This document shows positions 50,560 through 64,000 of a DNA stretch of 64,000 nucleotides, one piece after another (positions within the stretch are counted from its first letter, which is position 1; each line of letters opens with the position of its first letter). Source of the DNA: Octopus bimaculoides (taxonomy: Eukaryota). The stretch covers positions 17,807,643 through 17,871,642 of the forward strand of contig NC_068983.1 in the NCBI RefSeq assembly GCF_001194135.2, given 5' to 3'. Below the pieces are notes generated by a model. It ran no database searches and had not been told where the DNA came from. It saw nothing but the letters and a program-made list of their open reading frames with translations. Both the position numbers and the translations under genes were made by a program.

Positions 50560-52130
50560 AAATTTTCACTCAATGTAAAATAACAATCAAATAATGTGGT
50601 GAAGATGCGGTGAGGATAACATAGCAAACAGTCGACTAGTGCATTTTTGATCAGCAGTTAGAAGCCATTGAAATAATGCAACGACACTTGAAAATGAAAG
50701 GTCTAGTGCCTTTCCGTGTGTGTAAATTTATTTCTGTATCTACACTATGCTACGGAATCCGGTCTGCTTTATTGTGCGCCACGCTGTAGACTTTAATCCC
50801 TTAATATTGAAATCGCTGCTTGAAAAAGGCGATTGAGTTCGCAAAAACATGTTGATATCGACCACATAGACCAGGGTTTTATCATTCATCAGAGAAAAAC
50901 GGTTCTATTTTGTAAGGGCTGAGCATGCGTTAAAAATGTCGATACAGATGAACTGTCAAATGTATCGGTGATCGTACAACTTCGAAGATATCTCTTTATA
51001 TTAAATACACTGACACCCAAGTTCCTATGCGGTGATGTTGGTTTATGTCGAGAGAATGGATTGGGAATATCTCATGGCTGTGATGGTCACACTAGTGATA
51101 AATTTAAGGAAAAAATCATTGATACCTTTAGTCTATTAGGCCTCAAAAACTTTGTTACTACTAATCTCTGAAAAAAAAAAGACTTTTTCGATGTTTCCCT
51201 AGATCTAAACTCCCGCTCTTATAAACCTTACCATAAGTCAAGCCAGAAACTCTCCTACATACACTAGCAGTTCTGCATTCCTCTAGTGTTTAAAAACCTG
51301 ACAGCTAACAGTAATAGAATATCTAATTTCTCTTCTATAGAAATATTTCATAAGGCAGTCCCCTACTTTAAGAAAGCCCTAGCTAACAGAGGCTTCAAAG
51401 ATATGATATATTAAGATCCTTGAAGTAAAAATATGAATCATAAAAATTTAACAAAAATAGACTTAGGAAAATAATATAACTCACCTCCACTTTCTCCTTA
51501 AATGTTTAATCTAACATGGGCGAGACATTCCTGTCTCTTTTACATAAATAATTCCCAGTAAACTATAAACACAAGAAAAAGTTTAAAACAGCGCGATTAA
51601 AATATCATACAGCTGATGCTCCTATATGAAGAACATTGTCAATCATAATTATCTCCCAGTTGTAAATGTCAAGACCTTGAAACATGCACACTTGATCAGG
51701 TGTGTATGATAAACTCCGTCGTATATGACAAGGAAGTCAAAGTAACGATTAAAGAAAAATTACATCGGGTTATGCCAAGGCGATTTCAAAAGATGTTATT
51801 CAAGCTACATGTCTGCTGTCCGATACGTTGACAAAAGCAAAGATACTAAGTTGGCTAAACGCAAACGGTCTTCAAACCCCAATATAAATTGAAAAATGTG
51901 AGGTTGAAGAGTTGATGTAACAAAGATGTCATGTTGATCTGAAGAGTTAGCTTTCTATATCTGCATTGTTTTGAAAATGTACAATGCTATTACAAAATGT
52001 TAGCATGCATACTAGAGCAGACATTGTGCACTAAAATAACGTTTATTTTTGCCTGATGAAGGTTGCAAAACGGCTGTAATCCTATGCATTTCAACTGGCG
52101 AAATAAATATCTTTCACTGCTCCTGACTTA
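50560..52130 (+). mobile_element. decayed Penelope-like element (RT, then GIY-YIG, 3' end)
   Basis: LLEKAIEFAK, VGLCRENGLG (cf. GLYRDDGL), DFFDVSLDLNSRSYKPY, EIFHKAVPYF, FSLNV, C-terminal EN-like region, CTGATGA remnant at 52053. Confidence 0.8.
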
Positions 52131-53449
52131 GTTTATATACCCCTTAAGAAATAATTTCACTGATTGGGTCTACTGTATTTCGGCTGCATCGGACTCTACA
52201 TTACTTCCCACTATATTAGATTACATTGTGGTATGTTGCCGGGTCCACTAGTAGAGCCGTTTTCTGATTACGACAGGATTCTATAAATCCATATATTGCA
52301 GACACAATTACACACACGCGCGTGCACACACACGTCACACATGTATGTATACATGTATATATATATATATNNNNNNNNNNNNNNNNNNNNNNNNNNNNNN
52401 NNNNNNNNNNNNNNNNNNNNNNNNNNNNNNNNNNNNNNNNNNNNNNNNNNNNNNNNNNNNNNNNNNNNNNNNNNNNNNNNNNNNNNNNNNNNNNNNNNNN
52501 NNNNNNNNNNNNNNNNNNNNNNNNNNNNNNNNNNNNNNNNNNNNNNNNNNNNNNNNNNNNNNNNNNNNNNNNNNNNNNNNNNNNNNNNNNNNNNNNNNNN
52601 NNNATATATATATATATATATATATAGGGGTTTGACAAAACAATGGAAACACCTTAAAATTTCAAACAAATTTATTTTAATATGGGATAGGATCACCTTT
52701 GGCAGTAATTACAGCTTGAATTCTACGATTTATGTTGCAGGTGTATATTGGGGGCTAGATACATAGACACACATTTCTTCAACCAACTTTTGAATCGGTT
52801 GAATACTAAGTCTAACAATTCTGGAATCAATGTGTCTATAGACTGGCTTTGTATGTTTATCTAATGCTTCAACAGACACAAAATATTTAAAGTCTCCTAG
52901 AAAATCAGATCATTAAAAAATCAGTCTGACAATGGAGAAATAAAAGTATCATAAGATTATCTTGAGGCTAATGAAATTAATTACAATGTAGACAGATGTA
53001 AAGAAATAAACAAGATTCCGTTAAGAGTATTACTGACAAAATATATATGTTTGTAGACGATAAGTATCATTTGAGAAAATACAAAATATAAACTAGCAGA
53101 TGCGGTAGTGATTAGTATAAAAAGACCGCTGATAGACTTGAAATTAGTGAAATCTTAGGGAAAACACAAGAAATAATATAGCATACTGTTAAAGAAAATT
53201 GAGAAATTAATGGCTATATTCATACAAGGAGACTTTGAAGAGACTTCCAATGGTGATTCGTTAAATTTGCGAATGAAATATGGCGACATGTCATATATTT
53301 TTGATACTGTTTTTTGTTGATCGGAAAGTCTTACTAGGCGTGGATAATTACGTTTCTCTCTTTCTCTCTTTCTCTTTTCTTTCTCTCCCTCTCCCTCCCT
53401 CTCTCTCTCTCTCATAACTCTTAGATTTTCATATATACCTATTATCATA

Positions 53450-54190
53450 TGTTGGCTGGTCTATGTGGCAACATACTTGTATGGAATCCTAGATATGCAG
53501 CTGTTCTACCAGAAAGATACATAATCTCCAAATACAACCATTTAGTGGCATAGTGAATACTTGTTGAGGCATTTTTTCCCGAGCCCCAATCATGCGTTCC
53601 TCCCAGTGTACAGTCATGCCACATAGCCACTTGAGCAGAGAAATGTGAGAGGATCATGTGTAGACGCGATGAAATTTGTGTGAGGTGATCATTGAACTAT
53701 ATCTATTACAAAAGATCCACTATCAGTTGGGGCATTTTGTGACTGGGATAGTAGGTACTGTTGTTATTCTTTCAGTCAACAGGGTTTTACTTCAGCTTTG
53801 AGAGATGTGTTGTCTTCTCTCTTAGGATGATATTTATTTGACTAAGTGGCTGTTGGCATTACATCCGCAAATGTCTTGAACACCAAGTCAAATCTCCAGC
53901 AATAACAGCCGAGAGCTGAGACGTACTAGAGCAGTGCATAAAATAAGGCAAGGTTTTCGTGGAACGCCCACTCTGCAAAGCTTTGACTAGAGTTAGCATT
54001 ACTGATGCAGCAAAGAGATAGGCAGCAAACGTTCCATTATCGAAGCTACAGAGAAGTATATTAGATGGCTTTGGATAAAGAGAGTAGTTTTCTGGTTTGT
54101 GGTTTACTACTGGGATGCAAGCCGAGACTTGATAAATCCTGGCTGAATCGACGTGCTAGTTGGAGTCTGTGGTATGAGACTCCTGAACCC
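53450..54190 (+). mobile_element. possible C-terminal remnant of an RLE-type (R2/NeSL/Hero-like) LINE
   Basis: GFRG-like motif, ATEKYIRWLWIKR, then hairpin GGAGTCT-8 nt-AGACTCC at 54162-54183; weak. Confidence 0.45.
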
Positions 54191-54665
54191 CCCCCCCCCC
54201 ATTATGAAGACATCACCAGTGAGATGTACTTTGGGATTAACTAGGTTCTGAGATTTGATTATAATCTTTTTTCATAATATACGTATAATATATCTCTCTC
54301 AACGTGCAGTTTTCGATTTTATGGCTAGATGAATCCTTCGTAGTAGTATAATATCATAAGAAGGTACAATTATGTTAAACGAAGTTTATAATTCAACATA
54401 ATGCGATAGTTAAAAGAAACGGAACTTTATGAGGTTCGAATATTTTCAATATTTTAAGTTGAATGCTAAATATTGTTCAATATTGTTCAAATTAAAATTC
54501 TTTCTGTTAATCGATTATCCTTAGCACAACAGACCACTTATTTATATTTCATCCGTCCACTTAATTGCTTTATCACGATTCATCTATCTGTCACTATGCA
54601 ACGATAGGAAATTTGTTAAAACGGTACATCTTATGTTTTTTTTTAATGTTATTCAGTTGTATTAG

Positions 54666-54856
54666 AGGCGGTGAGCTGGCGGAAGTGATAATACAGCGGG
54701 CAAAGTGCTAAGTTCAAGTTCCACCGAGGTCGACTTTGTTTTTCATTATTTTGGCGTCGATAAAATAAGTATCAATTGAGCACTGAGTTCGATGTAATCG
54801 ACTTACTCCCTCTCCCGAAGTTTCCGGCCTTGTGTAAAAAAATTGAAACCAATATT
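54666..54856 (+). mobile_element. SINE family A with internal deletion
   Basis: AGGCGGTGAGCTGGC head, AAGTTCAAGTTCCACCGAGGTCGAC, GATGTAATCGACT. Confidence 0.85.
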
Positions 54857-55350
54857 ATGTAGTTAAATATATTTCTGATGGTTCAGTATATTCATGCAGT
54901 TTAGATTTACAGGCAATAAAGAAAAATGCAAAAACATTGAATAAAATCAAAGTAGCAACTAAAAAAAAAAGCCCCAGAAAAAAAGACGATATATCAATAT
55001 GGGTCAATAAAAAAACAAACGAAAAATATTGGAAATCAAGAAACAGTTGCAAGGCTTGCCGGAAATACAATGCAAAATAAATATTTTGGAGACACACGTA
55101 ATACGAACATAGTTAGAACACTCGACAGGCGAAACACGGTTTCAAATCTTTTCTATCGTTGAATACGATATGAGTCAATATTTGTCCATAGCTCTATAAT
55201 GCAGGTATAAAAGCACACGTGTACACACACCACACAAACACACGTTTGCACAAACACACACCCATGCACGTTCACCTGAGCACACACATTGTTCTTGAGA
55301 AAGGGTGAATACATATATAGATACATACATATATATATGTATATTTATAC

Positions 55351-55385
<35 letters not shown>

Positions 55386-56325
55386 NNNNNNNNNNNNNNN
55401 NNNNNNNNNNNNNNNNNNNNNNNNNNNNNNNNNNNNNNNNNNNNNNNNNNNNNNNNNNNNNNNNNNNNNNNNNNNNNNNNNNNNNNNNNNNNNNNNNNNN
55501 NNNNNNNNNNNNNNNNNNNNNNNNNNNNNNNNNNNNNNNNNNNNNNNNNNNNNNNNNNNNNNNNNNNNNNNNNNNNNNNNNNNNNNNNNNNNNNNNNNNN
55601 NNNNNNNNNNNNNNNNNNNNNNNNNNNNNNNNNNNNNNNNNNNNNNNNNNNNNNNNNNNNNNNNNNNNNNNNNNNNNNNNNNNNNNNNNNNNNNNNNNNN
55701 NNNNNNNNNNNNNNNNNNNNNNNNNNNNNNNNNNNNNNNNNNNNNNNNNNNNNNNNNNNNNNNNNNNNNNNNNNNNNNNNNNNNNNNNNNNNNNNNNNNN
55801 NNNNNNNNNNNNNNNNNNNNNNNNNNNNNNNNNNNNNNNNNNNNNNNNNNNNNNNNNNNNNNNNNNNNNNNNNNNNNNNNNNNNNNNNNNNNNNNNNNNN
55901 NNNNNNNNNNNNNNNNNNNNNNNNNNNNNNNNNNNNNNNNNNNNNNNNNNNNNNNNNNNNNNNNNNNNNNNNNNNNNNNNNNNNNNNNNNNNNNNNNNNN
56001 NNNNNNNNNNNNNNNNNNNNNNNNNNNNNNNNNNNNNNNNNNNNNNNNNNNNNNNNNNNNNNNNNNNNNNNNNNNNNNNNNNNNNNNNNNNNNNNNNNNN
56101 NNNNNNNNNNNNNNNNNNNNNNNNNNAGATGTTGGTGAGAGGGATAACTACCCTTGGCAAACAGGACACAGTCGTGTGTCGATAAGCCAGCTGGAGGAGA
56201 TGTCCTCCTGGGGCTAAAAGCAACAGTAACATCCACCCCTAGGGGTCAGCCACACTTAAGTGGCAATATACTACACTTTATCGTGCAGTTACTGTTAATA
56301 CTTCATTTAGAGAATTAACATTGCT

Positions 56326-56359
<34 letters not shown>

Positions 56360-57593
56360 ATGCACCAAACAGTGGTGAGGAATAAACAATCTTAATGTTA
56401 GTTAGAATACGATTGTGACATTTTAATTGAGTGTTTTCAGTAACAAACATTCATTATACCTTGCTGCATATTCGGGTTGTCGTGGTCTAGCTTGGCAACC
56501 CTGCCAAGCTTGCGTTCTAAGGACGAGTATTTTGGGGAACTAGCAGGGTAAGAAGCAATAACTGCCACAAAGCAGATGATAATAGGGCCGTCAATGGTTA
56601 TCCAACACTGTATATGCATGTACTTTAAACTTGCATATCTACGTCCAGAGAGCATGTTGTCATTTTATTCATATGATGTCTGAAAAGAATAAGTGGCCTT
56701 CATTTTCATCTCTGGGAATGACTATTTAATGTGGCAACATAACGCCATGCAAGAGTGGGAGTCTTGCATGGCAATTTGATACATCTGATATGGTGTTTTA
56801 TGTCCTTCATATTTAGGTGATATTGCAAAGTCTGGGAAGCGCTTTAACCATTTGGAATGTCTCCTGTATTTTCATACATACTCAATAATCTTGATTTTAT
56901 CTCACCTTTTGCGGCTCTCAGAGGTTTCATTCAAACATCTAAAAAGTTATGTGAAGACAGCTGCATCTTCACTTTGTTTTTGGTGTTTGTGGGATTGCTA
57001 ATGCAATTTGTGTAATACCCGCTGTAGTGTACTGGTTGTTACTATAACATAGTTACGAGAAGTTCGTTAGTGATATGTATCCGTATGGGCTCTGAATCAA
57101 GTACTTTCTGTATAGTAATCTTGGGGATTCCAGCTACAAGCATATATTTCACTCTTAATACATTCAAGCAGAGTATTTTATTGTGAAGAATTGTGTGACT
57201 TAAAAAGAATTCGACATTCAATGATAAAAGAAATGGTAAACACGAAATATGGTCCACGAACTGCTAGAACTTTAGACATTGAAGCTAAAGTTGATCAATG
57301 CTAGTTGTGTCAACGAAAAGGCTCGATACTGAAAAATACCAAACATCTACGACACCAGGAGCATTATTCATGATGCATCATATAACATCCATGAGATGCA
57401 TGCATACATATAATACATACACACATACAAACACAAATACGCACACACGCGCGCGTACACACACATATATATGTATGTAGGTGTGTATGGAAGTCTGTAC
57501 GTGTGTCACTATGTCAGTATATGTATTCGTGTTCACGCATATGCACACAAATACACACACAGAAACATATATTATATATATATATATATGTGT

Positions 57594-57624
<31 letters not shown>

Positions 57625-57829
57625 CGCACATATACACACATCCATACATTATGGAGTAACGATCTCATCTCTTCGAACATTATTTACGGTCTTCTATAAT
57701 ACGGGTATAGCATTACCATCTAGAAATAAATTCATACTCAATCACATATTCAGATACTCGTTCACACGTACCTCTGCACACGCACTTGTAATTTCGCATT
57801 GCATTTTATGTGTTTGTATACATACAAAG

Positions 57830-57839
<10 letters not shown>

Positions 57840-57905
<66 letters not shown>
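57840..57905. repeat. (TG)n microsatellite
   Basis: Direct reading. Confidence 0.95.
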
Positions 57906-57908
<3 letters not shown>

Positions 57909-59349
57909 AATATTTGCATGCGTGTACATGTCTGCACACTTCTACATGCACGCCTCTTTATCTATAGGTTTATGTCAGTGCGCTTCTGTGGAAAAAGTGC
58001 ATTTGCATGTTAAAGATATTTCTAGAGTTTTACATTGATCGTTAATAGGAAATATATAGCTTCTAGTTTGGAACCTTCCGTTTCAAGTCTAATGGAATCT
58101 TTCTTCCCGCTAATCTAAAATCAAATTTTACGACACCCTGGGCGAATTCTGAAATTCCCGTAAGACACGAATCATAACCATTTTTGCATTTCCATATGAA
58201 TATAAATATTAACGTATATAGAAATGTAAATGCGTGTGTATTTATCTTTGTGAATATACATGAAAACACACACACACACAAATAAGCAAGTGAACATATG
58301 TAAATGTATGGTATATATATTTGTGTATACACAGATACACACACATCTATATATATATACAAGCACGCTAAAACACACAGACATATAATTGTGTAGTTGT
58401 GTAACATTGCGGGCAGTTATATTCTCCATAATCATGAGTACAAACTCTATGTATGATTTCGCGTTTGTAAGATTTGAAATCAATCTAATCCAACAGTAAC
58501 AACAACATAAATGACAAATGTTCGTATATATTTCTGAACCTTCCCACCGCACCCCCTAAAATAATCCAAGAATGTTTCTTATACTAATTAAGTTTTATCT
58601 AGAATCGGTTTACAGTTACGTAACTTTCGCTGTTGCTATTTCAGTCCATCTGAGAGAATTATGTCTTTTCCTAAGTTATTTATGATTTCTTACATATATT
58701 TTTGCTTGTCAGCCCAAAATGTAGCCAAACCACTCTTTCTGATTCACCTTCAGTCTCGTGCAATGCACACAAACACTCTCTATCTCTCCACTCAACTCAC
58801 TATCTTTTTTACAAACAGACACACACGTTGATATATATACTATTTTTGCTTATCGGTACAGTCCTCATCGGACTCTAATTTATTCTTCTCCTAGCTGAAC
58901 CTACCTTCTCCATATTTGATCTGTTACTCTGCTCACTACTTTTCTGACGACAGGACCGTTTTCTTTATGAAAGTGAAAGGCCTAACTTTAAGATGAACAA
59001 CCACAATGGACTGAGATTTATAAGGTTAACCTCTTCATTATCATTACATAAATAAGGGAATTTATCACGCAGAGCTGACTCTTGATACTTCTAATAAACA
59101 CCGTAAGCATTACGTTTTGTAAACTGCAAATGCGAGAATATGCGCTGTGTAAAACCTAACGTCGAGCCATTGCTTAATATTCCGCCCCATTCTAGATCGC
59201 ATTTCTTAGTTTTTGGGTACCTTCTGGTAAGCATATATGTATACCAGGATACATATGATTTGGGGGATAGAAGAGATACTGTGTAGAATAGATGCAGCTA
59301 ATTAGAAAGCTGCAGAAACAAGTCATAAATGAAACTATATCGAAATATT

Positions 59350-59485
59350 CTTTTACTCTATTACTCTTTTACTTGCTTCAGTCATTTGATTGTGACCATG
59401 CTGGAGCACCGCCTTTAGTCGAGCAAATCGACCCCAGGACTTATTCTTTGTAAGCCTTGTACTTATTCTATCGGTCTTTTTTGCA
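59350..59485 (-). mobile_element. 3' half of SINE family B
   Basis: TTCAGTCATTTGA..CCATGCTGGAGCACCGCCTTTAGTCGAGCAAATCGACCCC matches 47300-47400. Confidence 0.85.
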
Positions 59486-59644
59486 TGCTTAAATCCCTTC
59501 CTGGAAGATAATTGTGAAAGTAATAACATCATCTCACTAGAACAAGCAGTTGGGGACAATGGAATCTGGGGATGCGCCGAGCAATTATTGATAAACAAAA
59601 CTGTGATGCCAGTGGGGTGAAGTTTGAGAGTAAGAGTTTGATGT

Positions 59645-59742
59645 TTTCCGTCGTGTTACGTGGGTCGTTTCGCTTTCTCGGAGGCGTTCTGACTAATTAC
59701 CGCCTATTAGAAAGCGAAATGACCCACGTTACACGACGGAAA
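59645..59742. repeat. 34-bp inverted repeat forming a long hairpin
   Basis: 59645-59678 pairs with 59709-59742 at 32/34 (one GU, one UU); inner AGGCG/CGCCT stem. Confidence 0.92.
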
Positions 59743-60272
59743 CAGTGCAGCCTCGGGGGCTAAGAGATTGATGTTTTGGGGATGCATAAAAAGTGATGGT
59801 TCAAGAAAGTTGGTTAAAATTTGTCGGTAACTTGAATAGTGAAAATGCATCCAGTTGCTGAAGGACAATTTGATATTAGACTTGGATAATGGTGAGATTT
59901 TTCAGCATGGCGGAGCTCCATGCCACAGACCGCGTGCAACACAATAAGTTTTGCTGATGAAGGTGTTGCTATATTGAAAGATTGGCCAGCTTAGCGTCCT
60001 GACTTGAATATCATGGTGCAAATGTGGACAGAACTAAAGAGAGGAGTTCGTCAGAAGAAGCCACACAATCTTGAAGAATTGTTGTAGCTCAGCCACAGAG
60101 AATGGTATATCATACCTGTAAAGATGGTGAAGGATTTATAGGCATCTCTTCCCAGGCGCATTCAAGCAATTATTCAAGCTAAGGGAAGCCACACGAAATA
60201 TTAACAACGTACAATACCCTTGATTTCTTTATGTGAGGTAGTCGAAAACTTTAGCAGAGCCATTTTTAGTGG
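59709..60272 (+). mobile_element. Tc1-family transposase remnant with probable right TIR
   Basis: LMFWG, IFQHGGAPCHR, DWPA*RPDLNIM, RRIQAIIQAKGSHTKY. Confidence 0.85.
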
Positions 60273-60695
60273 TCGTCTCGCATCTTCCCCTCTCATTCCG
60301 AACGCCCACAACAAAATATAATGATTAGGTACCGAAATGATTCCAACAGGCCCCATGTTTCAACTGTACAAAACACAATACGAAACATCCACATATAAGT
60401 TGGCAATTAGTAGAAATTTACAATAGTTTAAGGTCGCTGAAGACTTCTGCACGGTACAGAAAGTGATATCTATATTTGTTGCTTACATACATACAGCTAT
60501 TATTCCGTTATATTCCNNNNNNNNNNNNNNNNNNNNNNNNNNNNNNNNNNNNNNNNNNNNNNNNNNNNNNNNNNNNNNNNNNNNNNNNNNNNNNNNNNNN
60601 NNNNNNNNATATATATACGTATGTACATTTATATATACATACATATATAAGTATATACAGATATTTATATATGAAGTAGACACAACAAATTACAT

Positions 60696-60876
60696 GGTGA
60701 TTGAAACAAATTACGTTTTACATTTTCCTGTATACGATGTGCGCTGTACGTATGTCTTAAAGACAGCATTTAAAGAGAGATAAAGGAGCATGGATGAAGA
60801 ATGAGAAAAAAAGTGACTGAAGTGGGTCATTTATTGTGGGTGGTGTGCGGACTGTCATCCTTTATTATTGTTTCGA
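60696..60876 (+). repeat. about 180-bp direct repeat, second copy 62507-62686
   Basis: About 95% identical by eye; brackets the mariner element. Confidence 0.92.
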
Positions 60877-60890
60877 AAAATATATATATA

Positions 60891-62009
60891 TTAGGTCACC
60901 CCATAAATAATGTGGTTTTTTAAAGTTAATTTATTTTTCAAAATTAAGATAAACAAAAATATATTGTCTTTCATTTTCTACAATGCCCTTCCATCTATCT
61001 GGTAGACTTGCAAGGTCCCTCTTTCAAAGTTCACGTGTCCGTGACGAAAAATACTCCTCCAGTACTGTTCTGACCTCGTCTACAGAATTCATATTTTTTC
61101 GTCCAAATGATTTTGAAGACTGCGGAATAAATGATAATTAGATGGGACAATTACCGGCAAACATGGTGGGAGTGTCATCGTTTCCCATTCAAACTGCTCC
61201 AGCCCTTGGAATGTTATTCGCGCTGTATGTGGCCGAGCATTATCCTGATGCAAGAACACCTTTCGTCTTGAAACCAAAGATGATCATTTTGCTTCTAGCG
61301 CTGACTTAAGCCTGTCAAGCTGCTATCGGTAGATCCCTTTGATATCGTTCGGTTTGGGTTTAAAAGTTCAAAGTGGACTAAACCTTTCATATCCTACCAA
61401 ACAGATGACAAAACCTTGCGTGGGTGAAGTCCTTCTTTAGCCTGTAGTGACGGTGTTTCTCCTTTCCTTACCCACTGTCTTCGGCGCTTGAAATTTTGAG
61501 AGAAAACCATTTCTCGTCACCAGTCACTATTCGATCCAAAAAACGTTTCATTCGTGAGGCATGACAGCCAAGAAGAGCACATGCTCCCTCTCTGCGCGTG
61601 ATTAGACTCAGAAAGTTTGTGAGGAACCCATTGACCCAATTCCCTGACTTTTACGATGGCACACAGGTGTCGATGAATGATTGAATGGGCAAATCCAAGC
61701 TTCTCTGTTAGATCCTCAACAGTTACGATGGGATTTTGTTCCACCAGGATTTGCAGGACGTCCCCGTCGAGCTCTACAGTTCTTCCAGGACGAGGCACCT
61801 TTTTTTAGGCTGTAGTTTCCGGTTCGGAATTTCTGGAACCACCGTTGACATTGGCTTACGCTTATTATCCGATCCACATATAAAATCGAATTGCACTCTT
61901 CAAAACTCGGACTAAGGGTAAGGACAAGGTAAAATTACTACATGCTTTTAAGGCAAGTACTTTTAGTTCATGCAATTAAAAAAACCGCATTATTTATGGG
62001 ATAACCCAA
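60891..62009 (-). mobile_element. mariner element, both TIRs, TA flanks, disrupted transposase
   Basis: TTAGGTCACCCCATAAATAATGTGGTTTTTT versus TTGGGTTATCCCATAAATAATGCGGTTTTTT; PGRTVELD, GQWVPHKL, HQDNARPH, PSNYHLFRSLQN. Confidence 0.93.
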
Positions 62010-63423
62010 TATATACAGTAGATCGNNNNNNNNNNNNNNNNNNNNNNNNNNNNNNNNNNNNTATATATATATATATATATATATGCACATATATATAATA
62101 TCTAATATCTAATATATTGTATATAAGGTACATGTATAAATGTATGCGATAGTGTGTGTATGCATTCGTAGACATAGAGGTATGTTATAAAATGAACAAA
62201 TAGAATATTATATATATATATATATTTATTTATATATATGTATACACACGCATACTTATACGTATATACAAGCGTACATATTACATATAAATAATTTGAC
62301 GGTATGTTGTGTGTAGTAGAAAGATGTTTTGAGAAAATGATAAATGAGATAATAGTCATAAATTATACGTGAAAAATTGGAGTCGGCCTTGTGAGCTGAA
62401 GAGAAATTTCGAAAAATGTATGGTATACGTCAAAGAAGGGGTGGGTATGATGAATGAATGAATCATAATGAAAAGCTGGTTTCCACGATGTGGTCATGCT
62501 GTCAGTGGTGATTGGAACAAATTACGTTTTACATTTTCCTGTATACGATGTGCGCTGTACGTATGTCTTAAAGACAGCATTTAAAGAGAGATAAAGGAGT
62601 ATGGATGAAGAATGAGAAGAAAGTGACTGAAGCGGGTCATTTGTTGTGGGTGGTGTGCGGCCGATCATCCTTTATTATTGTTTCGAGCAATTTTGTTTTG
62701 GTTTGGTGAATAAATTTTATAGGAAGAAACAGAAATAAAAAGAGGGAGGAATGAAGGAAAAATAATTGTGATAACAGTTAGAGTGAAATAAAGATGTGAG
62801 GGAAGGAATGGAAGGAAGAAAAATGAATGATAGGAAGAGACGGTGGTAGAGACAGGTAGAAAAGATTGATAGAGTGAGAGGTGGGTACAGAGTGAAAAAT
62901 AGATGCATAGAGAGAAAGAGAGAGAGAGAGAGGGGGGAAGAGAGAGAGGGGGAAAGAGAGAGGGAGAGATACAAAGGCAGAAGGGAGAATGAGAAGCAGT
63001 TGAATGTAGTGGAGGAGCTTAAGTTTGTATGTGTGAAGAATGCATTGGGGGATAAGTCACAGGGATGCAAAAGAGAAAACAGAATTAAACGAGAAGAGAT
63101 TTATAAACACATACGCAGCGCGAGCACACGTATCCGTACATACGTACACATACACACACGTATTTAAACATACATGATACATATATATAACACCGCATAT
63201 ATATATATATATGTGAAGTAGACACATAACGAATTATATACATTTATTTATTTATCTTAGGCGTACAGGTGTTTCAGATATACTTCTTACGTGTGTACGT
63301 GTTTCAATCTTATCAATCGATCGGTTGATCGACAGAGAATATAGAGATTTGCCATATACATACATACATACATACATACATACATACATGCATACATACA
63401 TACATACATACATACATACATAC

Positions 63424-63800
63424 AGGCACAGGCGTGGTTGTGTGATAAGAAGCTTGCTTCCCAACTACATGGTTCCAGGCTCAGTCCCACTGCGTTGCAC
63501 CGTGGGCAAGTGTCTTCTACTCTAGCCTCGGGCCGACAAAAGCCTTGTGAGTGAATCTGGTAAGCGAAAACTGAAAGAAGCCCGTCGAATATTTATACAT
63601 GCATATCTATATATTTATGTGTGTCTGTGTTTGTCCCCTCGCCATCGCTTGACAATCGGTGCTGCTCCATAAATCTAGCGATTCGGCAAGAGAAACCGAT
63701 AGAATAAGTACTAAACCTACAACGAATAAGACCTAGGGTCGATTTCATCGACTAACATTTTTTAAGGCGGTGCACCATCACGGTTGCAGTCAAATGAATT
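63424..63800 (+). mobile_element. near full-length SINE family B
   Basis: tRNA-like head, CGTGGGCAAGTGTCTTCTAC core; single AAGAAGCTTGCTT at 63447-63459 is the uninterrupted form of the 5227/6740 target. Confidence 0.9.
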
Positions 63801-63949
63801 CACAGTGAATTCCAATTTAATCGGAATCTACGCGATCTGAAGCATATTTGTAGAAAATATTAAGAAATATTTAATTTTCTCAAAGTTATGAAGAAACAAA
63901 TCTTTGCGGCACAATTGTGTAGATATGCCGAAACATCTAAATCTATATC

Positions 63950-63952
63950 TAA

Positions 63953-64000
<48 letters not shown>
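63950..64000. repeat. (ATCT)n microsatellite, after (CATA)n at 63357-63422
   Basis: Direct reading. Confidence 0.93.

Noticed and set aside
52053-52085. CTGATGA plus GGTTGCA/TGTAATC stem at the PLE 3' end
   Set aside because: GAAA and NUH are absent; at best a dead hammerhead.
53155-53448. Hydrophobic minus-strand ORFs resembling a GPCR helix (also 48435-48623)
   Set aside because: Antisense reading of an A-rich dispersed repeat; frames are not conserved between copies.

Overview
AT-rich animal genomic DNA made almost entirely of transposable-element debris, microsatellites and about 3.4 kb of N gaps. The repeat families look like those of an octopus (coleoid cephalopod) genome; this is inferred from recalled SINE families, not from a search. 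I found no convincing host protein-coding exon, rRNA, true tRNA or CRISPR array. Contents: three tRNA-headed SINE families (labelled A, B, C), decayed L1/Tx1, RTE, CR1/Jockey and RLE-type LINEs, two Penelope-like elements (PLEs), a Helitron, a Sola-like transposase remnant, Tc1, mariner and two MITEs. Best signals: (1) a complete hammerhead ribozyme core on the minus strand at 20858-20917 whose three strands lie in reversed, non-circularly permuted order, in a repeat with truncated relatives at 10.4 and 22.9 kb; (2) a minimal type I hammerhead inside a tRNA-headed element at 29.75-30.01 kb; (3) two divergent ORF1-only (HAL1-like) retroelements, one bounded by a 14-bp target-site duplication (TSD) inside a SINE tRNA head. 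All protein-family and ribozyme calls are by eye and need computational confirmation.
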